Shown in pieces: positions 50,699 through 61,587 of a stretch of 64,000 nucleotides of DNA. Every line of letters begins with the position of its first letter. Position 1 is the first letter of the stretch. The stretch spans positions 41,094,388 through 41,158,387 of the forward strand of contig NC_092670.1 in the NCBI RefSeq assembly GCF_964355755.1. The letters run 5' to 3'. Both the position numbers and the translations under genes were made by a program. This stretch comes from Antedon mediterranea. Lineage: Eukaryota; Animalia; Echinodermata. The notes under the pieces are model-generated. The model had not been told where the DNA came from and searched no databases. It worked only from the letters and a program-made list of their open reading frames with translations.

Positions 50699-53600
50699 GG
50701 GTGTGTCGAAAGCGAAGACCTCGAAAGCGAAGATCGAAGACCGAAGACCTCGAAAGCGAAGACCCTACGAAATGGTAGTGTACACAAAATCCGACCAAAA
50801 TCACACAAAATCGATGATAACACCTTGAATTTACAGATTCTAAAAAAATATTTCGATTTTAATCGTTATGTTATCAAAAAACATGACTTTATATATGAAC
50901 AAGCTCACTTGTTTTCGCCAATATGGAGTTAATATGTGATATGGATTTACGAACAAACACATCACGCTATTTGCAAGGCGACGGACGCACAAGAAGGACA
51001 TCGCACAGAGCATTGAATGGAATGCAATATTAAGTCACTTGTTCCGATAACTTTGTAGCACACGTCGCCTACAATTTTAAACCATAGCCAATTGTATAAA
51101 AGTATAGAAATAAACTACAGTAAGTAAATTGTAAGAAGTAAAGGATGGCGATAGGCCTATTTAGGCTTATTTTAGAGCCTATAAGCCTATCCGTATCATA
51201 TAGATTTTACACTTGTTTTTAAAAATGTTATACGCATGAATACAACTTGGAGATCCATTTTTTTTTTTTGCATTTAAATATTATTATGTTGATGTATGTT
51301 TATTATCTATAATATTTGCCTATTGTCTAAATGTATGAATAAATACAATAATATATTTATTTTCCTTTAGTTATTCTGTATAGTATTTAAAACTTTTACA
51401 TTTTCCCCATTGTAGTCAGTATTACTGATTTAATTATTCGCCAGTTTAAAAATGTTGTTTCTAATGTATTCATAATGGACAAATAATATTATCAGTATCG
51501 GTTAGTGTGGTTGGTGAAGCGACAGTACTATGTAAAGAAAAAAAATGTAAAAAGTAAAATAAATATTTCATTAACAAACGAAAACATCCTGCCGCAACGT
51601 ATCGTATTGACGCGCGCAACATAAGGTTAAGAAAATACTCTTCTATCTATTTTGCATTCCCTCTTACGATGAGAATCATGATGAACGTAAAGCAGAAACG
51701 GTGTTGAACACGTCGGTTCCCACTTGTGATGACACGCAAGTTTGCACTTTGCGTCGATCTGGAAACTAATTCCAGCTCTTAAAATATTTCCCGGGCAAAA
51801 TTTGACAGAATATATTCAAATTATGATTTGACAAAAAGCTAAAAAGAACGAACGATAGGCATCCGCGTTCTGCAAATTTTGGTTATAAATCGATCGTTTC
51901 ATGCGACATATCATCAGTTTCACAGCTTCCATAATTCCGAATAACATTTAATTAAGCCATTATGTCAACGTTCACAAAGACAAAAGCAATTCAAATCAAA
52001 GATTGAAATACAAAATATTCGTTCCAAAATAAAGTTGCCGATTTTGTTACGGTTGCAATGTGATTAGTGACGATAGTGTGTTCACGTTTAATATATTTTT
52101 CAAGATTAAAACGGGTGTTTATTCAAATCGGTATTACGTTTACCGACACTGTCAAAAGACATGTTTAATGAAGTCCCAGTTCCGCCAACCACAATTGTCC
52201 TCATCATCGAATAAGAATAAGTTTTCAAGCATTGCCCGTGGTGAATACAAAAAGAGATACTCTCTATAAATCTTTATTAAGTGATGGTGAATGTTTATCG
52301 GGCTTAACCACTCTAACCCCAAACCTTCTATCTCACAGGCTTGTGGATGAGACGACTATTCAACAGTCTCCCGATTGTTGACGTCCCGCTTCTAAATGTT
52401 TGCATCCCTGCCATGAGTCTCCATTAACAAAAGAAAATATAAATTTTAAAAAATTAAAGAAACAGGTTACCGGTTGTGTATAATGACCATTTAAATATAG
52501 AATTGACACTACACAAACAAATCTAACAGAATCATACTATTATAACGGGTTAACGATCAAGCAAAATTTTCAGAGGGTGATGTCTATCTATATTTTTGAC
52601 TTTGACAATACAAATATAAAATAAAGTTCCGTTAGTTCACGGTAAGCTCTTGGGACGAACTGTCATTGGCCCGGGAAATATTTTAAGAGCTGAAATTGGT
52701 TTTCAGATCGAAGCAAAGTGCGCCGTAAGGAAATAACCTTGCGTGTCATCACAAGTGGGAACCGATGTGTTCAACACCGTTTCTGCTTTATTACGTTCAT
52801 CATACGATCCGATTAAGAGGGGATGCAAAATAGATAGAAGGTGGATAGATAGATTTTCTGTTGCGCGCGTGAACGTTGCGGCAGATTTTTTTCTGTTTAG
52901 TGGTGAAATATTTATTTTCCTTTTTACATTTTTCTTTACCTAGTACCACACTAAATATTCTGATACTGATATATTATTTGTCTATTATGAATACATTAGA
53001 AAACATTTTGAAACTGGCGATTAAGTAAAATAGCAATAGTATACAATATGAATCAAAGATCTTATATACTAAGATATAATAATAAGATCTTTGCTACAAT
53101 GGTGAAAATGTAAAAGTTTAAATACAATACAGGAAAATGAATATCTTATTGTATTTATTCATACATTTAGATAATAAACAATAGAAACAGGCAAATATTG
53201 TAGATAAAAAACACATAGCAACATATTTAAATGCAAAAAAGATCTCTGTAAGTTGTATTCACACGTAACATTTTTAAAAGCAAGTGTAAAATCAAAATAC
53301 GGACACCTTTTATATAGGCTCTAAAATAAGCCTAAATAAGCCTATCGCCATCCTTTACTTTTCTATACTTTTCTATACAATTGGCTATGGTTTTAAATTG
53401 TAGGCGACGTGTGCTACAAAGTTATCGGAACAAGTGACTTAATATTGCATTCAATTCAATGCTCTGTGCGATGCACTTCTTGTGCGTCCGTCGCCTTGCA
53501 AATAGCGCGATGTGTTTGTTCGTAAAACCATATCACATATTAACTCCATTAGCGAAAACGCGTGAGCTTGTTCATAGATAAAGTCATGATTTTTTATATA

Positions 53601-53762
53601 AATATAACGATTAAAATCAAATTTTTTTTTCAGGACCTGTAAATTCAAGGTGTTATCACGATTTTGGTCGGATTTTGTGCACACTACCATTTCGTAGGTC
53701 TTCGCTTTCGAGGTCTTCGGTCTTCGATCTTCGCTTTCGAGGTCTTCGCTTTCGACACACCC
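50699..53762. mobile_element. 3064-bp foldback (Mutator/FB-type) transposon with about 1.1-kb inverted arms
   Basis: Termini GGGTGTGTCGAAAGCGAAGACC / GGTCTTCGCTTTCGACACACCC. 10-bp TSD ACTAGATGAG (50689-50698, 53763-53772). Arms 50699 to about 51810 and about 52660 to 53762. Subterminal CGAAAGCGAAGA repeats. Confidence 0.93.
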
Positions 53763-54371
53763 ACTAGATGAGAGGCCAGACAGCCAACAAGCCCACGGCG
53801 GCGCGGTATCAATTCAATTAAATGAATGAAAATGTTGTTAAACGAAACGTTTAAAATTGGTCATTTAAATAGCCAAATTTCGTCTTTTGTAAAACAAAAC
53901 TAAATATGTAGGCCTAGTTATCCTAAACAGTTAAACTGAATACTGTTAAGTAGTATTAATGGCTACAAATATTAGTAAAATAAAGAAAACACAGTTGGGA
54001 CGAAAACGAGTCGGGCGGCGTGGTTGAAGAAGCAGCTTCTGCTGGGGGTGTACGTGACCTGTAGCTGCTGAAAATGATTAGCTGAGTGACCTACAAAAAG
54101 ATAGCTGAAAAAACACACCTAAAATTCTATAAAACGTATACTTTTTGAACTATAGTACATACTACTGTTTTCTAGAGATGTTCACAGACGACTTGCTTAT
54201 AAGTATTGTACATTAACAATGAATTTAAAGTGCGTTTTTGGAACCAAAACAATGACAAAAATTCGCGCTTTACTTACCACGTGCAAATGGCCTTCCAATG
54301 TAATCAACCACAGCATTTCGGAATTCTTCGTTAATTTCCGACTACAATCGATAATTAACATGTCAATGCAT

Positions 54372-54440
54372 TTGACCAATCAGATATCAGTTTTTTCTGA
54401 ACCAATCAGGAAGCTTTTTTTTTCTGTTCTTATAAATGAG
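54372..54440 (+). promoter_or_regulatory. Possible TRIM promoter (two CCAAT boxes plus TATA)
   Basis: GACCAATCAG at about 54373, AACCAATCAG at about 54400, TATAAAT at 54431, about 770 bp upstream of the TRIM ATG. Confidence 0.3.
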
Positions 54441-55198
54441 TGTCACACTCGCAGTCTTTTGTATATAAAATAGACAAAAAAGTAAAATTAATAATACTGA
54501 GATTTGTATTTTTTTAATCGTTTGTAAACAAATTTATAGTAATTTTATATGTTTTCTGTAGTATCATTATTAGATTATTTTGATATTTCAACTATAAATT
54601 TAATTTTCTTTTAAGTAGAAATTGCATATGACACCCTTTAATAAATGTCATAAACCAACATACAAAGGCATAAACCAACATACAAAGGCATAAACCAATA
54701 ATTAATGGTTGGAAAAACCCTGCTACTATTTATGTGAGGTTTTAGGACAACGTCACTATACTAAATCAGCAGAATAAAAGGTTTTATATAATTTCAATGC
54801 CAGTTCTCCATCATTTTTATATATTCACCATACAGAGCGTAGACTGACTGCTATTAATTGCTGGAAAATTGTGATTTTACTTACTCAAACGTAACATTTT
54901 AGCTGCAAAATAGAAGGTTTAGTCTTAGTCAGGTATAACTTGCTTTTCTTCTACCCATTAAGTTGGTATATGATAAACCCTGTAATTTATCCCGGTCTAC
55001 TGCTTTCTAGAGTACAAAAAGTGCAAGCTAAAAATAAATTGTAGTAGTACGTGTTCGTAGAAGTACAATAGCCACAATTAAGTAATTCATTTTAATAAAA
55101 TATGAAAATATCAGATGAAAATATATTTTAAGAAGTATTGCTTTGAACAAAATATCGATTTTATTTGAAAATCACTTATTACCAATTATTCTTGTAGG

Positions 55199-58180
55199 AT
55201 GGCTAGCAAGAACGTAAATGTGTCTTTGGATGAAAAAGAACTAGAATGTTCTATCTGTAATGAAAGAATTGAAAACCCAAAATCACTTAGCTGCCATCAT
55301 AGTTTCTGCCTGAGGTGTTTGGAGAATCTGGTTCAAAGCAATCATGGCAAGCTAACATGCCCTATTTGTCGTTTGAAAAACTTGCACCAAATCCATTTCT
55401 TAGCAACCTCTTGGAAACCATAAAAAAAACATGAAAAGAAAGATGAAGCTAAAGGCACTGCCTTGCTGTGCCTCTTTCATGCTAAACCATTAGAGATGTA
55501 CTGCACAAAATGTAAAGTACCAATATGTATAGAATGCACTGCAATGGAACAATGACGCAGGAGATGGAAAACATGAACTAATTAACATTGCAACAGCATT
55601 TAATACGTTTAAGGAAACATCAGAAGACTTGAAGAAAGCTGCCAATGAAGCCATAAAAAAAATAGAAAATGTACTCAAAATAGTCACAAAGAATGCTAAA
55701 GAACTAGAAGAAAGTAAAGAGGCAAGTCTCACAGATATTGATAACCAAGTTCAAGAAATGTTTTTAATAATCCAGAAAAAGCAGATGAAATGAAGAAAAA
55801 AGTTGAAGCAAATTATATAAATGAAAAGAAAGTTAATGATGCACAAATTACAAATTTAACCAAAATCAATGCTGAATTGAATAAAAATATGAGTTTCCTA
55901 AATCAGTTACTCAAGAGTGAGCCAGCAACTGCTATGAAATCAAGTGAGATTGTAATAAATAAATTGATGGATGAAATGAATAAATCAAGCAAAGCAACAG
56001 CAGACAAATTAACTTTATCAGAAACAAACGTCCAATTGATTTATTGAAAGAAAATGACTTTGGTAATGTTGTACTCAAATCACTTACTATTGATATGCCT
56101 AGAAATATTGTATTCAAACCCATCAAAGTAGAGGGTGAGCTTACAGGAGTAGCAAAGTGTGATGATGATTGCTTGCTGGTTTCATTTCTCACAAATGAAA
56201 TTCACAAGTACAAACAATCAGGAGAATGTATAAGCAAGATTACACTACCAAGAGACGTGGAAGTTTCCAGAACGTACAAAATGAAGAATGGCATCATAGC
56301 ATTCATTGATCTTGGTAATGATTGCATTCAAGTATGTGATATGAATGGTCATGTGATCAAATCCATTGGTAAGAGTGTACTGAGTTCTCTACAGGGTATT
56401 CATATAGATGAGGCAAATAATGTTATATATGTAACAGATGGTAGAAATGGGTGTGTGTTCATGTTTGACATTATTAGTGGCAAGATGTTATGAAGAAAAT
56501 AAAAACAGAAAGGGGATTCTTAGGGGGATACTACTCTGATGTTGCACTTACAAAAACTGGTAAAGTACTGTTAGCAGATGCTGGACAGCATCAAGTATTA
56601 TTGTATGATGATTACAAGATCAACATGGCTTCATGCCCGGTAGATCTTGTGAAACAAACCTTGCTACTCTTCTGTCTACCGTGTATGAAGCCATCGAAAC
56701 TAAAAAGCAATGTGACATAATCTACACCGACTTTAGTAAAGCTTTTGATAAATTGTCCCACAACCTATTATTATTAAAACTTCATCAGTTTGGCATCAAT
56801 GGTACTTTATTTTCATGGTTTAAAAGTTATCTTGGCGGTAGGATGCAGAGAGTTGTAATTGATGGTGCCACTTCCAATTCTCTCCCAGTCATCTCAGGCG
56901 TGCCTCAAGGTTCCATTCTTGCCCCCCTGCTGTTCAATATATTTGTTAATGAAATACCAAATCTCTTTCAAAATTCCAACTGTCTTATGTTCGCTGACGA
57001 CCTCAAGATTTACAAAATTATTACCACTACTGAGGACTCCGTTGCACTTCAGGCAGATCTGGAAAGACTCGGTACGTGGGTTTCCGACTGGAAAATGTCC
57101 CTGAAGTCCGAGAAATGCAAAGTCCTGTCTTGCTCTCTTAAGAAAAAACCTATTATTTTCGCTTACTCAGTTCAAGAAGAAGTCATTGAAAGTGTAAACT
57201 CTTACCGGGACCTCGGCATTTTCATCGACCGTAAACTGACATTTATTTCACACGTTGATCATGTTGTCAGAAAGGCCAATAGGCTGCTTGGGCTGATGTG
57301 GCGCAATTGCAAACATTTTTCTCTATACACCAAACGTGCGCTTTATCTTTCCCTCGTCCAACCATCTTTTAATTTCTGTTCAATTATTTACAATTCACTC
57401 TCCGCTTCTCAAGCCTCCAGAATTGATCGGACCCATAACAAGTTCTTGCGCTTTGTCGGCCCAGCAGCCAACCTGCTTCCTATTGTTTCCCCGACATCTA
57501 GGAGAGCAAGACAGGACTTGCACTTCCTGTATAAATGTCTTACTTCTAAGTTTGATTGTGATCTTGTTTCGTTGTTTTATTTTAATGTTCCTGTTCGTAA
57601 TCTTCGTAGTAAACCCTTTCTTCATGTTAAATTTTCTCGTGTCAATGTTTGTAAAAATGGTATTTTCTGTAGACTCTCGTCTTGTATTTAAAAAAATAAT
57701 TCTTTAGATATTTTTAACTGTAATTTTTCTCAATTTAAATGTATCATTAATGAAATTATTTAAATTTTCTTTTTCATTTGTATATATTTATATTGGCTCA
57801 TATTTTATAGTTTAGCTTTTATTTTCAACCTGTTATTGGTGTTTTACACTGTTGGTTTGATATAAAGAATAAATAAATTTTGATATAAAGAATAAATAAA
57901 GTCATTCAAAGTACTCATCAATGGAGGAGATGAAGATGGTAAAGTGATACACCCATGTGGAGATGTAGTTGATGAGGATGATAACATCATTATAGCAAGT
58001 CACCACAAACTACAACTATTCAGTAGTGATGGGCATTTTATCAAAAGAATTGATAAACAAGAAGATGGAATTAGTTCACCAGAGCAGTTATGTATCATTT
58101 CTCATAACCCATGTATGGCTGCTGTAGCAAATCTGGGTGACAACCCCGGTGACAACACAATCAAAATGTTTAATTATTAA
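55199..58180 (+). pseudogene. TRIM2/3/56/71-like RING-B-box-coiled-coil-NHL gene, disrupted
   Basis: RING CSICNERIENPKSLSCHHSFCLRCL...CPICR; B-box CLFHAKPLEMYCTKCKVPICIEC in a different frame, followed by a stop; coiled coil; NHL-like repeats (GIHIDEANNVIYVTD). Several frameshifts and a LINE insertion. Single coding exon. Confidence 0.85.
56618..57900 (+). mobile_element. 5'-truncated CR1/L2-clade LINE with intact 3' end
   Basis: [41 protein letters not shown]; open reading to the stop at 57691; AT-rich 3' UTR ending AATAAATAAA. Confidence 0.93.
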
Positions 58181-59205
58181 AAGACTACTTTTCGCCGTTG
58201 TTCTGAACACGCTTTTGTAGTACAGCGCTAGCTGTCACGTGACACATAACACGTTGTTGTTTAGTTATATTGTTATACGATCGAGTGATCCAATTCAAAT
58301 TTTATTGTTAAAGAGCTGTTTTTAGTAGTTTATTGTTTCTGAACATCACAGCCGTGTATACAATTCAATATATAAAGTGTTTTCTATATAAATTGAAATA
58401 TTCCTATTATTAAATCAAATTATGAATTGTGTACATATCACAGAAATTACTGGCCGGAGCCAATACAGTAATGATTTGGTGTATTTTATTTTTACAAAAT
58501 GTTGCAGCCCTCTATAGCTTGGGCACACTTTCATAAGACCTCAATTGAACTCTGGTTAAAAATATATGATTTATTAATTATGATTTTTTGTACTATATAA
58601 AAATACATATATATATATATATTTGAAAAAAATGTGTTTTACTGGGCTTATAATAATATAGCAATATTGCTGTAGGTGCGCATGCCGCAATCTGACGCCA
58701 TTGACTTGTATGTGATATTATCAATGTGTCATTGCAACAATTTTGATTAAAACTTAAAAGGGACGAATATCAAAAACCCTCAAAATCACACAAAATATGG
58801 ACTTTTGGGTCGAAATATGCAGTTTATTAAAAAAAGAAAGAGAATTACTGTAGTACCACAGCAATTAGAAGAATGTAAAATAACAACACAATATCTAAAT
58901 AATGTAGGCCTACTACAATTGTGAACTCATATGAAATTATTTATTGTTATATGACAACATTGAATACAGTATAATATTTACACACATTAAGTGAGTTCTT
59001 AATTGCTTTATAAACTTACACCTTGGCCCTTAAAAAACGAGTAAAATGAACATTATTCATACACAACATTATAGATCTTTGTTGGGACAACATTCTTTGA
59101 CAATTTCCAAAATGTTAATTTACACGCAATTAAAGAAACATCAGAATACTACTGGATTAATCAAAAGCTCAAAATCAAAAAGTTCAAAATTTTAGATTAA
59201 AATTA

Positions 59206-59658
59206 CACACATTGTGTTTTGCAATCTACACATCTCATCTCATTCATACCTAGACATATACACAAATTGTGTTTTGCAATCTCTACACACCTCATCTCAT
59301 TCATACCTTTGACATATACACACATTGTGTTTTGCAATCTCTACACACCTCATCTCATTCATACCTAGACATATACACAAATTGTGTTTTGCAATCTCTA
59401 CACACCTCATCTCATTCATACCTAGACATATACACAAATTGTGTTTTGCAATCTCTACACACCTCATCTCATTCATACCTAGACATATACACACATTGTG
59501 TTTTGCAATCTCTACACACCTCATCTCATTCATACCTAGACATATACACACATTGTGTTTTGCAATCTCTACACACCTCATCTCATTCATACCTAGACAT
59601 ATACACAAATTGTGTTTTGCAATCTCTACACACCTCATTCATACCTTTGACATATACA
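59206..59658. repeat. 57-bp minisatellite, about 8 copies
   Basis: Unit CTCTACACACCTCATCTCATTCATACCTAGACATATACACAMATTGTGTTTTGCAAT. Confidence 0.95.
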
Positions 59659-60142
59659 ATTTCAAACTGTATAAAATAACCAAAAACCCTTTATTTATCT
59701 TGTGTATAATATATATTGTGACACACCTACGTATAACGTTGTCCTTTGATTGGTTGATTCTCAACTTGTATCTTATCTGTTAATATTAAATCTATGATAA
59801 AACCTGTATTGCATGGCATTTTCTGAATTATTCTCGTTAGTAATATTTTTATAATATTGCTAAAATATCAATAGACATGATTCTGTAAGGTATAAAATAA
59901 TACAATTAAATTAGAACATCTATTATATTATATTTATCTAATTAAAAAAATATTGTCTTTTATACTCGTTACATAAATGTCATTTTTTAAAAAGATTCTT
60001 TTAAATATTTATGATAGGTTACTGATGTGTTATAATAATAAGATAAAAGTAAAACATTACTAAACATATTAAAAATAGTAAATATACAGTACACAATTAT
60101 AAAAATAATAATATTAAAACTATCTTAGATAAAAGCAGCACT

Positions 60143-60377
60143 TAATGTTCATGACAACTCTGCACTGGTCACAAACTTCCAATCCTGATCTAGGTTATTT
60201 TGACAGATTGCCATCACACCTAATGTTCATGACAACTCTGCACTGGTCACAAACTTCCAATCCTGATCTGGGTTATTTTGACAGATTGCCATGACACCTA
60301 ATGTTCATGACAACTCTGCACTGGTCACAAACTTCCAATCCTGATCTGGGTTATTTTGACAGATTGCCATGACACCA
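60143..60377. repeat. 78-bp tandem repeat x3 of the GALNT11 C-terminal codons and stop
   Basis: Units at 60143, 60221 and 60299; minus strand encodes [23 protein letters not shown]. Confidence 0.92.
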
Positions 60378-61231
60378 AATGTTTGACCTTTGTTCATCTT
60401 ATATGATAAACATTGACCTGAAGCCTGATGATAAATTCGCTGAAAGAAAAAATATTATAGATGAATTTTGAATTGCGTATAAGATTTATGGTAACAATTA
60501 TGGTAAAGAAAAACCTATTATCTATGGCCGAGTGGAATTGAACCAAGCATAGCATGTCTGTATAAAGTTTGATATGCTACAATAGTTGTTTTTTGTAAAT
60601 ATTGCACATACATTTTTTAAGAGGTCCCTAGATATCAGTTCGACTAAAAGATTAAACAAGTTTGTTCATTTTTAATGAATTTATATGTTATTTTACTTTC
60701 TATTGACCAAAGATTCCAAAATATAAGATTGAATGAATGAATAAAAAAATGAAATTCACAAATCCGCTCAAAGCCTTTTCCTAACATCAATGCATATTGT
60801 ACCATGACAACAAATGTTGTTTTAACATTTACCTGTAAGGCTACGTTGTCTTTATCATAACTTCAAACTCAGTCTCATCAACTATCTAAATGTACATGTT
60901 ATATCAACTGTACAAGTCACATGTCAAACGAACAGACAGTGTTAATCATATATTATAACCAGGGGCTGATTTAGGATTTTCTAAGAGATTCACATAACAG
61001 TCAAAAATAAATATCAAAAGTAGTTTATAACTTTATATAGCTGTCAAAAGGGGGATACCCCTAGCGCTACTCATTGGATTCACCTACCTTTCCATTGAAT
61101 TGCCATTGCTGAGATCCTTTAGTGCCGTGACATTTCATGAGGCGAGGTATTGCGGCACTGTCAAACTCAGCCATATCAAGGCACAGCAAATCAGCTAGTA
61201 ACAGCTCATGGTTTTCAGATTCTGTCCATAA
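60305..61231 (-). CDS. GALNT11: Polypeptide N-acetylgalactosaminyltransferase 11, last two exons (ricin-B lectin domain)
   Basis: Exon 61088-61231 [48 protein letters not shown] and exon 60305-60439 [11 protein letters not shown]...[13 protein letters not shown]. These closely resemble the remembered GALNT11 C-terminus ([34 protein letters not shown]). Not present in the ORF track. Confidence 0.85.
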
Positions 61232-61464
61232 CTATATTAAAAGAGTTTAGCTTGTTACTATTACATTTTTAAAAGGGATTTAGTATTTATCTTTATAGTT
61301 TACACTCAAATATTGAATTTTGATAATAAAAACGAGCTTTGCTCTTTTGGATTTTCCCCTCCACTTTTGCTTTATTTTAACCATTCAATAATCAATAATC
61401 TTTGCAATTTGGAAAATAAATTAAATCTTGAATTCAGAGGACAACGCTTCTTGTGACTGAATAA

Positions 61465-61587
61465 AGCTCTGTATACACTATCATTGTATCAAACTTTATG
61501 TAACCAAAAAAATGTGATGTGCCCATATATATATGGACATGATGTCATATCACTACAATATTTAAACATATCACTATCATATTTGGC
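61465..61587. mobile_element. MITE family A copy, right end missing (interrupted)
   Basis: Left TIR and interior are present; similarity stops abruptly at CATATTTGG before CTGGGGTAGCAC. Confidence 0.7.
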
